Source: Trichosphaerium sp. ATCC 40318 (Eukaryota > Protista > Tubulinea). Taken from it: DNA of 64,000 nt. The stretch is taken from contig JALMLS010000466.1 of assembly GCA_038496445.1 (NCBI GenBank), positions 62,001 through 126,000 on the forward strand, given 5' to 3'. Positions 14,105 to 26,422 of this stretch are shown here, one piece after another; positions within the stretch are counted from its first letter, which is position 1, and every line of letters begins with the position of its first letter. Made by a program: the position numbers and the translations under genes. The notes under the pieces were generated by a model, which saw only the letters and a program-made list of their open reading frames with translations, was not told where the DNA came from and searched no databases.

Positions 14105-15854
14105 TTACTTTTGAGATTGCCCAGATGGTTGGTCAAGCTTTACTTGTGGGTACACACGTGATAGTACTTGTGGCCAATATTTAATTAATCCACCTGCTCC
14201 AAAAGCTTTCAATTGGGCACTGGAGATATTACCCAGATCTTGGGGGTTTGAAATGTGTAACCGACTGCTAAGGGATGACAAAAATGTTATGACATTATTA
14301 TCATTAAGCCAATAATTTTGTGGTTTATAGCCTTGTGACGACGCTTTTGAAGAATCGTTAGAAAGTGCAATATGTAGTATCAAATTACTTACGGAACAAT
14401 GAGTGGTCCCAATGCCTTGTAGGATAAACTTCGCTGAGTAATTGGAACAACCTCGAACCACCTTTGTACATGCTACAAATTTGTTAATACTTGTACAAAA
14501 ATAATAGCATACTGTAGTAACTGCCAACCACCTTCATCAATTAAATGTTGCTGATTGACGTCATACCAATCATTTTCAATATAAACACCATGTTTCCTTT
14601 CAATCTAAAACAGTCACAAATCAATAGATCAACATACTCACATTTTCTACAAATAGTGCCTTAGTTCGTGGTGTCCAGCAGTTTTTCGAGGTGTAGGCTA
14701 AAAGAAAGCATAAATCTAAAGGTACATATTGAACAAGTAATCTCACTGAACAGCCAAGGAAGCCACGTTCGATCAGGATACACCTCCTCCAACATTTGGT
14801 GGAAGGAGTCATTGTATCTTCTATGCAAAAGTCACATGCCAAAACGGTTTATCATTCTTTACATACCGTAACAAACCTGCGCCACCAAATTCCTGGATAT
14901 CAGTAGTTCTAACATTATACCACTTATCTAGAGATGAAACACCGTGGTTTTTCTCAAACTAGGCTCATTTAGATACCAAAGTTCTTGTACTTTAGTGCCT
15001 CAGCTATGAATGCCATTTGGTTTTCTGTAGATTCCCAATAACTCTCTGGCACCTTTGCTAAGAACGTCATTAAATCTGGTTTGTTATTTATTAGTAATAT
15101 CCGTACAAAACCTCCAAGGATGCCAATCTTTTTCTGGATAAACAGTATAGAGCATTTTTGACAAAGAACAGTTAAACTTTCTACGTTTGCAATCAACACT
15201 AAATAAATGTAGCGAACGCACGCCAGTACACCATTGCCATATTTCATAATATCTTGTACATTTACGTTAAACCAATCATCCAATTGCATAACGCCAAGCC
15301 TACGTTCCATCTAAAAAACTGTCACTTCTCAAAAAATTTAATGTTTTTTGTACAGCAATAACAAATGAAGCAACGTTCAGTTCAGGTAATACAGAAACAT
15401 TCTCTAGAAGATGTATTTGTTATTTCGAATCATCAAGCGATAGTACCAAACTTCCAAGATTTCCATGAGTAGTCAGGATACACGTGTTGTAATAAAGATG
15501 CTTGAGAACCTCCGAATTCCCTGTTGTAGATTAGCCGAAAATACAGAGGCACGTGCTTACTTTTTAAGAAATGACTTTACTCTAGGTTGTATGACATCGC
15601 TCAGGATCACATTGTACCAATCAGACAGTGTTAGTACGTTTAGGCGGATTTCAGCCTAAGAAACAGTAAACAACGCTCACACAATATCATGGCAGTTATT
15701 GAGTACCTTCATGACAAGTTTTTCGAGCGTTGAACCATTCTCGTATGGCAGACGTGCGCCTGTGCCATAATAAGCCACAACGCAGTGCAAAGGGTGGTTT
15801 TTTACCTCTCAGAGCGCCTTTGGACGTAGACTGTGTCAGGTAGTATTTAGCCAT
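14105..15854 (-). CDS. Uncharacterised Trp-rich tandem-repeat protein with a possible mitochondrial presequence
   Basis: The exons repeat a unit resembling L(D/S)DW(Y/F)NV...DI...GG...Y..S...L..VYP...W.PW.F..VP..YW about 5 times. The N-terminus MAKYYLTQSTSKGALRGKKPPFALRCGLLWHRR is basic and lacks acidic residues. Confidence 0.7.
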
Positions 15855-15971
15855 ACTGTTTACATTGTTGGTATACGTTGAATAGAATAGTTGCAAATGA
15901 CAGAGACAGAGAAGCCAACAAAGCTTAAATTCTAGTACGCCTTAGTCAAATTTCGCTAATAAATTTCAGCA
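15855..15971. promoter_or_regulatory. Probable bidirectional promoter (~117 bp between divergent ATGs)
   Basis: Head-to-head starts at 15854(-) and 15972(+). Similar compact divergent pairs occur at 26241/26423 and 41209/41354. No specific element was identified. Confidence 0.4.
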
Positions 15972-18140
15972 ATGGCAACTTGGCGTGAAAGAGAAGCGTC
16001 TAAAATAGATGTTGAGGCGTTATGGAAAGAAGAAAGCGAGATGTCTTTGCAAGAACGTCGTGAGCGCTACAACTGTGGGGATGACTTTACAACGCTCTCC
16101 GATGTAAAGCCATGGACACAATATTGCGTAGAAGATTTATGTATGTTAAAGCTCCTAAGTAGTGTATTTCCTTTTCGTTTAGAGTTGTTATGCTTTTATA
16201 ATACTCATTTACCATTTAGCTGGCTATGAAGGTATTCATGCCAAAGATGCTCAAGAATATATTGCCGCCTTTAACGCAAAGGATGACGGCGACGATACTG
16301 AGGAAACAGAAGACACAGACGATATTTACCAACCAGACGCCGAAATTAATCGCAAAGTCGCACATTGGCGTGGCAATAGTACGTTTCGCACTCAATAATA
16401 CACAATTCTTTTCTTGTCCTGTTATTTACAAAAAACGCTAGTCACTGCCATTGAAGTCGGCGCAATTGTAAATGCAGCCAACAAAGGATTGCTAGGAGGC
16501 GGTGGTGGTACGTTAACGTCTTATGGTACAATAATAACCTAATCACATTTCAGTCGACGGCGCTATTCACAGTGCAGCTGGTAATATGTTGTATCAGGAG
16601 TGCCTTCCACTCGGTGGCGCGGATACAGGTTCGCTAATTCTTCAAAAATCTCAATTATTCAATTTTTCATCCTAAAAGCGCTAGTTTCTCTTCCCTTGTC
16701 ATATTTTGCGCTCTTTTATATCCCATACATTGCTAACAGAGTTAATTAGGCGAAACAAAGATAACTCGCGGTTATAACTTGCCTGCCGAATGTGCGAGAC
16801 ATTTTTTTCTCTTTTTTTTTTTGTTTGATCGTTTTGGTGGTTTTTTGCCTTATTACTGTTTCAAGATGTTCTTCATACCGTTGGACCTATTGGAGAAAAC
16901 ACAGAAAAGCTAAGGAGTTGTTATTTGACATGCTTAGAGCTCGTTAAGAAGCACAATATCCGATCTGTCTGTTTTTGTGGCATTTCTACAGGCACGCTTA
17001 GAATTGTCTTTGTTTTGAAGTGCTTATGGTGTTAAACTAGGTATATACTCATACCCATTGTACGCTGCAAGTCACGTCGCTCTAAAGACTATTCGCGAAT
17101 GGATGGAAGTACCTGAGAACAGAGATGCTGTACGTTAACATTTTTTTTCCCGGATTTTTGAAAAAAATCTAATGTTCCTGCTCTTCTTTTGTGCTAACTC
17201 TTTGAGTAGGTTGATATGGTTATTGTATGCACATATTTACCAAAAGAGAAGATATGTTATGACAAGTTGTTCCCAACATACTTCCCACCATGCCCAGATC
17301 CAGGATTTGAAGTACGCTGAATAAAATTTATTTTTGAACACAAGTCTCGGTGTTAATCACTATTCTAGGACTATTGGTCTGCTGCTTGTAAGAGATTTGA
17401 TGCTGAAGATGTACGTAACGCTCTCGTATATTTATTGCTTGTTTCTTAGCGTTTATTAGGATGAAGGTACAATTGAAGAAACAGGCATGACTACACCTTT
17501 GTATTATTATATTTTTCCTATTTTGTTGGCTTTTAGCGCTTTCGCAGCTTGTAGAAATGGGTTGTATACTAGCAAATAACTCTTTATAAACGAAAAAAGT
17601 TCTTAAAGACGCTCCATGTTGTTCGTTAACGTATTTTATTTCAGCTGACGAAGAGGTTGAAGCAGAACCACCAAGACCTAAAGGCGCTAAGCTTGTTACC
17701 TTGAAGATTCACTACAAGACAATGGTTGGCTGGAATATTTATGCTAAGGGTACTTTTGATGGATCTAATGATTGGAAGAAGAACCAACTCAAGTGGGAAG
17801 AAGGTATGGCTAAAAAAACGAGCGACTGTGAAATTTTCTTCGTTTTTTTTTGAAAGAGCGCAATGTCAGTTGAAGTGGTTTTTCTTCGACGAGACTGACT
17901 CTGGTAGGCCACTATTGGACTACAAAGATCATGGTACCAGCTCAAGTACAAAGCATAGAGTACAAGTATTTGATACAAAATGATGAAAACGGAGAGGTAC
18001 GGAGAAAGGTGTTGGTGTTTTTGTCACAAGGATTTATGTTTATTTTTGCTTCTTAGGTTTATTGGGAAGGATGTGATAACCGAAAAATTAAGATTGAGAA
18101 CCCTGACACCTACCTCCTACAACACTGGGGCATTAATTAG
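15972..18140 (+). CDS. MacroD-type ADP-ribose glycohydrolase fused to a C-terminal CBM20 starch/glycogen-binding domain
   Basis: Macrodomain: AIVNAANKGLLGGGGVDGAIHSAAG, GETKITRGYNLPA, VLHTVGP, CFCGISTGIYSYP. The C-terminal exons give LKIHYKTMVGWNIYAKG..NDW..QLKWEEGHYW..IEYKYLI..VYWEGCDNR, matching the CBM20 pattern. Confidence 0.85.
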
Positions 18141-18801
18141 TATGTTTATAGTAGTGTAAGCGGTGTATGCTAATTTTACGTCTTGCAAACGAATATACAT
18201 TATTTCTCACGTTTTTTTTTTTTTCAATATCCCATGCGATCACGTGCGCCATGAATTTGTTGTGAGTTGCCAGGTTTTTTTTTTCTTTTTTTAGCTCTAT
18301 TCCCTTCTTTGATTGAAAAGGCTACGTAGTCAGCGTTTAGTTCTGCACATCGTTGGAAGCTGCGTGAGTATTTGTGATTTAGGTATAGTACAGTAGTTAG
18401 CGATGGGATTGTTGGCGTCGGCAAGTGGGGCTAACGGCCCATAACAAGCAATAGACATCGTTGGATGTGAGGAACTTAGAAACTACGTGCAGGCATCAAA
18501 AACTGCTGTACCTTTTTTTTGTAAAGCTGCTAGTTTCGACATTACTGTAGGTTCTATTGCATGGTAATGTAGTTTTTTACGTGAATTAATATAAAGAGTT
18601 TGCTAGCCACAGAGTCTCCCAATACGAGGTCTTGTTTACAGGGGTAAAAATTCGCCCCGAGACGGCCAAAAACCCCGAAAAATATGGAACAACAATAGTT
18701 CTTAGAGGTACTACTTTTAGTTGCCTAAAAACTACAAAGTGCATAGCGTACACAACCTCAAATAGCCATAATCTCCGAATACAAACAAGGGTCGCAACAC
18801 A

Positions 18802-21800
18802 ATGGCACAAATATTTGTGAGTGGCCTTGACGGTGACTGTATTGCTATAAACGCTGATCATTCAGGTACATAAAATTTAAACTTTTTAGACGGAGGTGGA
18901 CAACAACATCTAATGTTTCGTAGAGTCTATTCAGAGCCTCAAGAAGTCTATCCACGCTCGGCTAGGTAAGTTACTTTCACGTGATAATACGGAACATTGT
19001 TGACGGTACTCAGGCATAACTCCGGAGAATCAGACTTTAGAGTTTGGCGGAAGAACTCTTGTGAACTACAAGTCCGTGGGATACTATGGGATGAAGTCCG
19101 GATGTACTGTGAGTCTATCAACTCCATTGAAAGGAGGTAAACATCAATACCAAATTAAGAATTATCGCTGACGTATTTTTAGGTATGATGCATAGAGAAC
19201 GAATGTCGTCTTCTCAAAAAGTATTTGCTATCACCATGTCATGCCTTGCAATCCTTTCTGTGTGTGCTTTGGTTGCTACGCTTTCTATACTCTATGTGGG
19301 AAATACGGACGCCAACACGAACACGAACACGAACACTCCTTATACAACCACCAAGCGATCTACCTTACAAGCTACGGTTGATCCCCAAATCGAAGAACTA
19401 CAGAACAAACTCGCTGCTCTTGAAAGCCGAACGATTTTACTGGAAGCTGCAAGTCCTGTACCAGGTCCAAGAGGTGCAAGAGGATACGATGGAATCCCTG
19501 GAAAGTGCACAGGTGTCCTTGGACACAGTGAAATCCAAGTCGGCCACATCTCTGGTGGGTGGAGGTATTACATGTCTGGTGATGTTTATCAAGTACGTTC
19601 TTTTGTGAGTTTTAAGCTGCTCTTTTTACTAAAAGTCTGTTACAGCCAATGGAACCTATTAACGCAAAGGTTGGTGATCACCTTATCTTTCACAACTCAA
19701 AAAATGGCAATGTTGATTTATGGCAAATGTACGATGAGCAAGATTGGATTAACTGCAATGACACAACTGGTAATGCGACACGCCTCCAAGATGGTGTTCC
19801 TCTGCGAAGTGAAGAATTCGTATACGAAGTAACCGAAGAAGATCTTGAAGCCGGCACTCTTTACTTTGCGTGCCTTGGAAATGTTGCTCATAGAAACTTT
19901 TGTGCATCTCGATATGTCAAAATCAAAGTGACAGTTTCGGATTTTGTCGAAGCTTTTATTACAACAGTTGATAATGAAGTCATCGAAGGGCATACTCAGG
20001 CTATCGTAGAACTCAGAGCTATCATCTCACAGCTCTCTCAGACCATCATTCTTCAACAAGTAACACATGAGCAACGTGTACGTTCAGAAGGTGGGTCAGG
20101 TATCACTGTAGGAAGGGGATACTCTCAAGGACTACAAAGTTATCACGACGGAACTTTTGGACAAAACGCTATCATGAACATTCATAACCACGCTAATAAT
20201 CAACGTACAATGGGTATGGGAGAGATTCAAGCTGTATTAAACGGTGTTGAGTTTCAAACACGTCACAACGATTATACTCTGGCCAAACCTTGCTTTAACG
20301 ATACTACATATCATTGTACTGAGACTGTAGACTTCCCTGAAGTACCTCCGGCTGTTCTAAACCTTCCAGTGGATGAACAAGTCGCTGAAATGCAAGCTTG
20401 GTTCAAAGCATGGAAAGATCAAGTACGTTTCTTTCTTTTTATTTTTGGCGTTTGTTTTGTTTGTTTTGACATTCTGCTTTTAGGATTGGAGTGTTAGGGA
20501 TTATAGGCCTTACTTTAGACCTGTTTTGACATACCTCGAAGGAGCTTGGATTAAAGATACAGGTGATATCGATGAACCTTTCAATTCAGACAGACATTTT
20601 ATTGATGCTGAGAATTGGCGTGAACTTCACGATAAATACAGATTCTTGTTTAATTCTGGTAGAAAAAACAACGCTGAGAATGTTCCATACTTACCAGGTA
20701 ATTATCAAATTCCCTCATAATCACGTGATTCTGGTTGAACTAACACCTTTTAAAGCTAGTATTCGTAATCTTATCAACGACTCTGTTCCAGAGATTGCAA
20801 ACTGGGAATATAGGTATGTTTGTAATCACGTGTTGGTTTTTACCTTTCCAGTACTTTTATTGACTTTGTTCTTATTTTTATTGTAGGATACTTGTAGCAC
20901 CTATTGGTCATGATATTCCAACATCTAAATTCAGAATTCATCGCGATTTACATAAGCAATTATACGCAACTCCGCTTAAAGTTGAAGAAATGCAATATTC
21001 GAGGCGTGCACGTTGGGAGCTAAATCCAGCACTAAACAATGATGGTACAGTACCACAACCGCAATTTGTTAATGATACTGTACCATGGGAAGAAGGATAC
21101 ATGACCAGAGGCTATCTAGACGTACTTATGGAGGTACACACCACGAAAGTGATTCATCATTTTATTAACTTTTTTGCTTTTAGGGAGTTCCAGGTAAAGA
21201 CAACTATGGCGCTTTCTTTCCAGACGTATTTGAAGGAGCTAAAGCAAAACAATTCTCCAATAGCGCTGTATCGATGAACGCTGCTCATTATTCAAGATAC
21301 TATAAGGTTACAGATAAAGATGCTATGGGCGTAAACAACAGAAGAAGAGGATTTAATGATGCTTACTTATGGACCGCACATACCACACAAGAGAAAGTTG
21401 TTGCTCTTTCTGTTGAAGACAAATTTTGTGATAACTCACAGCCTGATTGCGAAAATACTGCTGAGTATGGAAAACGAAGAAAGCAGAGATGGACATACGC
21501 TATTCCTCTCGGTGAGAAGAACTTCACTTTTTTTTCGTCATTACTTTTCTTGATTTATTCTTATGTTCTTTTAGAAATCGTTTATTTGACGCCTCTCACC
21601 AAATGGAATCCCTACAACATTACTTACCACGGAGATAAGTCTGATATTCCAATATTGCCTACAGGACAAAGAGATGGCACGCCGGATCAGAATGGATGCG
21701 ACAGCCGAGCAGATCAAGCATTTAATGGCACAAACCGAAAGCTGTATTACAGAACACCTAAGGAGTTCTTTGCTTCCAATGATGAGAATCGAGACCCTGC

Positions 21801-22397
21801 AGACACTTCTGCTGTTGGTGGCGTATGTGTTTTGGATCAGGCTGGAGTGCCTCGTCGAGTTGAGGCTTCAGGACATTGGATTGTTTTCCCAGAAATCGGA
21901 GGAGGCGTCGGACAAGTCAGGTAATTGAATCAAACATTTGTGCATTTTTTTTTCCCTACTAACACTATCTTAGGCAAAGATACCCTATTCCACCTATTCA
22001 CGCTAGTGGTAGTACAACATGGAAGGAACTAGAAGCTCTAAAGGATATCCTTATATCAAGTTATGACTACGAAAATGACCAGGCAGGAAAATTCGGAGAT
22101 AGTAGAGATTTAGAAAATGGATTTACTCTTAGTTTGAGAGGAGGTGGACATGACCATGACTTTGTTGTTAAATCTTCGAAGGTTAGACAATGGGTTGAAA
22201 GTAATGATTCGAGTACATTAACATTTACAACTGAAAAAAGAAACAATCATCAACACAAGATTAAGCTCTCAAGAAGTAGACCTGATGCTTCATCCGAATA
22301 CACTTATACACTTGAATTATGCAAGTTTGATGGTGGTAATGACGCCTATACACCTGATAGTTGTTTGGACGGCCATAACGAAGTTGTCAGATTGTAG
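18802..22397 (+). CDS. Ubiquitin-like leader (ending LKGG) fused to a signal-anchored extracellular protein: coiled coil, short Gly-X-Y stretch, phytocyanin-like cupredoxin, large uncharacterised domain, His-rich C-terminus
   Basis: Exons 18802-18865, 18924-18965, 19014-19136 and 19183- splice in frame to MAQIFVSGLDG...LGITPENQTLEFGGRTL...VSLSTPLKGG|MMHRERM. They are followed by the TM VFAITMSCLAILSVCALVATLSILYV, GPRGARGYDGIPG, VGDHLIF..C..GTLYFAC..C..KIKVTV, and the stop TAG at 22395-22397. Confidence 0.85.
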
Positions 22398-23018
22398 ATA
22401 ATCTTCGTTTGTCTGAATGTGTTTAAATAGTATGTAAATAAAATTCTATGATCAAACTTTTGTTTCGCTGCTTGCTTGCTGTGTCCTTAATTTTGACCCT
22501 TAATTTACACCATTCTAGCCTATTACTATTTAGTAGATTAGTATTATAGTAACTTGTAGCTTGTGACATTCAGCATTTCGCGGTGAAATACAGCAAGTAC
22601 AAGAAGGTTTGCAAAAATGGCTTGTAATTGTTGTTATTTTTTTTTTGCAAAATACAAGAATGGAGTATTGTGCTTTGGAGTCTTGAAACTCGAATACACG
22701 CTGCGATGGTCAAATCATTCAGGAACACAAAATGCTAGAGGTTGCTACATAGCACTTCACAGTAGAAAAGTTGCTTGCGCATACCAGTTCTTAAATCCTC
22801 ACAAAGTATTCGTGATTGCTTCCTCCCGCTGCTGTTTGTTTATTACTAATGCATGCATGTAGTCTCATTCCTCACAATCGCACAACTAGGTCAAACCTGG
22901 AACAAAAAGTGCATCTGTACAAAATAGTCTTTTTTTTTACAAATATACAGCTATTTATTCAATCACACGTGCTCTTGAGAGGAGGGGTTTCACCTTGGCT
23001 CTGTTATCACATCTACAC

Positions 23019-26000
23019 CTATGTTTCTTTATCCGGTGTGCCTTCTTTAACCTCCTTCAACTGGCTTTCTAACTGAGCATTCCTTTCCTTCAGCTTTTGT
23101 AGCTCTTTTTTCACGTCCTCACCAGGGTCAGTAAGTTGTGATACAGTTCTTCTTGTAATAGTATAACTCCCTGATCTATCGCTTCGTTTTAACTCCTCGT
23201 CACTCATTGTCATGTATACCATACGTGGTACAAGGAGTGACATAATAGAAATAAAAGGTCCAAGAATGAGACATATAGATCGAAGAATAAACGCAATTTC
23301 GCGATGTTGTGCTCCAAATATCTACCAGTAAATATGAGTATCGATATCCACAAAACCGTGTGATGATATTAAACGTACTTGAATGATGATAATGATGACA
23401 ATAAAGAATGTGAGCGTATAAACAGCAAACCCAATAGATCTAAAAAAAAAAAGTTAAATCAATTTTCGCGTGTACACAAGCTAAGTATCAGACACTTACT
23501 TTGATTCATTGTATAGTATAGCTTTTAGTTTCCATATTCTTATCACCCAGTATATACCATAAGCTAACACACCAGCATTGAATACCATTAGAATTACAAG
23601 AAATATTAAATCTTTTGTTGTATTCTGACAAGCAATGAAGTCATCTGAACGAATAAACGGTTCTGCTTCGTTCAGCTCAGAACGACCTGTACTTATCGCT
23701 GTCCATAAAGTTAAAATAACAACCTCAACAGCAACAACAGCAGTAACAATTGGTATGATCATCATGTTGGTCACTTTAAAAACTTCCAAACTTTTTTCAA
23801 GGAAGATTTGTCCTATTCTGTATATTCTCGCAAACAAAGCGCCATATGTAAGCTACAAGATGATTAACAGCTAGATATTAAAAGCCCTAGTACCCCAAAC
23901 CCAACTGCTAGTAACCATCTATGGACATTACAATGAAGATCATCCGTGTGTAGTGTCCAAAAAAAGACAGAACAATACATAAGAATACTGCCGAACTACG
24001 ACACCATGTTAAGTTTTACTTCGAACTAGTCGAATTGTAGACGTACGAGAGTAAGGACAACGAAAAGAGGTTGGGCAGCGCGAATAACTTTATGTTGTCT
24101 ATAAGCTAGTACCCAAACCATAAGACCAGCAGAAATAAGTATAGCAACACCAACGAGTGCCATCATCACTCTCTCGCTCGTAAATTCTACAATTGTAAAT
24201 ACCGGTTGATATCACGTTTCCGTTGAAAACACGTACTGTACCAGCCATAAGTAGTATGTCTCTCACTCCATTTTGGTACAGGGTAAACGAACTGTTGGGT
24301 TATAGCAAATAGGGGAGCTACTATTTGATACACAAAGTCATCATCAATCTGAAACGACAGCGCGTTTGTGCCAAGGTTCTCCCCGAATTGATCAAACGTG
24401 AATTCACCTGAGAACCCATTTATTTTCATAGCATTGATGGCTTTTTGAATATCATCTGCGTCTAGTGAGCTAAAAGAAAAAAGAATAAGACAAGAGACTG
24501 GCATTTGAAAAGAATGAAAAAAATTGTCACGTGCTTAGCAGTTTCGAGTGCGTATTGAGTAATATATCCCAATGAATACCCAATCATACCGCTATTACCA
24601 GGTTCGTATCCATAACGATCAGCGAACCTGTTATTGAACAGAAGTGCTGACGGTGTTGTTCCATTACTGACAAAGTGGTGATAGCGTGTTGTATTTGATT
24701 TTTCATCATTAGCCTCACCACGGAGCCTTTTGTCCCACTATAACCAGTAAGTAAGTAAGACTAAATAACCAATCAAGAAGATTCTTACCAGTAAACCAGT
24801 TGATACAACGTATTTAGCAGCATCACCGATATTAGCACGAACCGCAGAGGGAAGAATCAAACATGGATTTGAAATTAAGTACGCCTGTGACATACGTTAA
24901 GTAATGTTGACAAAAGCATAACGCAAGATAAATGAGAAGGTAGAATACCTTTGCGTTAAAGTCCATTTTTCTAGCTGTCTTAAGAAAAGCGCCACAAGAG
25001 AAAAAACTTCCAGAAAGGACAACATCTGTTGGAGATATAAAGTGTTAGTTCGAAATCAATGACAAAAAAAAACTTCATCTAACCACGTGCCTGGTTGAAT
25101 CTCTTTTAGTTCAGTTATCAATTCATCTATATCAGGTTGTACAAGTGTTGCATTCGGAGAGAACTTAATTACTTTAGTATATACGAGCTCCATCCCTATA
25201 AACTGTATAGCACGAAGAGCTCCATCTGCAACTGAAGCTGTGAACGAATTATCTAAAATAGAATAAATCAAACTATTCATTCATTACCCTATTTTAGAAT
25301 AGTACCTTCCCAAAATACAGCAATTGTCTTTGCATTGTGTACTTGTAGTAAATTCAAAGTTTCTGTAAAAAACTTTGATGTAGGAGTAATAAGGCTTGTA
25401 GCATATGTAAGCCTACGACCAAACGGACTTGTACAAGGAGGAAGCATCTTATCATCGCAAATATATATCTCAGGGGATGATGATGCAGCTAAACAAAAGG
25501 GTCAATGTAAGAACTTACATTGGTCACGTGTGTATCCAAATATGATTCACAAGTTGAACTACGCACGTAGTAAAACGTTAACTCCAGCCTCGTTAGCCAC
25601 GAGAGCACTTGTAAGTCCCAAAAAAGATGATACAGGCTACAGAATAAATCCGTCAGAAGGACAAAGACTAACAATAAAAAAGAAGTTAACTGCATACAGC
25701 AAAAATAAGATCGACATTTTCTTCTGTTATAAGCGACATAGTCGCATTTGCTGAGGCCTCACCATTATTTGCTACGCGAAACGAGGTGTTAGAACGAAAA
25801 CGACAAAAAAGCTCCCGAAAGGCTATTTTCAGTTTGAAGCTTCTTAAAACGCTCTAAAAGCGTAGTTTCTAGTAACTCCGTTTGTTTTAGCGTACTTATT
25901 CCTCTTTCTATTATTTCCACTGTGTAAAATGTGCCGTTAATGTTAAAACCTCCTCTAGCATTAACCTAATGCGTAGAAAATAAGCATTGATGTAAAACCA

Positions 26001-26241
26001 GATGAGTTTATATTAATGTAAACTGTAAAACGAGAAATTGATTTAAAAAAAGATCAACTTGTATTTCAATGTCACATACCGTATCCTTCCACATTTGTTG
26101 GCCATCTCGTACGAGAGCACTTGTTCTTACTTGTCCGCCTTCTGTCGGGTATATATTCCCAATTCTAAATACAGGTTGTTGTTGAGCCCAGCAAGCAACT
26201 CCGAAAGCACATAGAGCCAATATAAACAAGTTGTGATGCAT
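23019..26241 (-). CDS. Class C (GABA-B/Grl-like) GPCR with an N-terminal periplasmic-binding-protein-like Venus flytrap domain
   Basis: Signal peptide MHHNLFILALCAFGVACWA; VFT motifs (EENVDLIFAP, GFSGEFTFDQFGEN); 7TM motifs HKVIRAAQPLF, YGALFARIYRIGQIF, LYNESK; C-terminal coiled coil ELQKLKERNAQLESQLKEVK. Confidence 0.88.
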
Positions 26242-26422
26242 CTGTTATTAAAATAGAAGTACAGTTGATATGTGACTTGTGGTAACTATAAAGGTGCAAC
26301 AGAGGTTTCAACCGAAAACTAAACAGGTTTTGCTTTTTGCCAGAAAATAAAGCAGGTAACACGCACTTAACTTAAATGACTTAAAACGATATGACAGTTT
26401 GCCTTCTTTTTCCGTCTTTGCC

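Noticed and set aside
18300-18520. GC-richer segment with GGGGCTAAC and a terminal T run, considered as RNase MRP or another Pol III RNA
   Set aside because: No matching upstream GAAAGUCCCC-type P4 partner or convincing fold was found.
19313-19336. (AACACG)4 microsatellite
   Set aside because: It encodes a simple NTNTNTNT linker and there is no sign of further significance.
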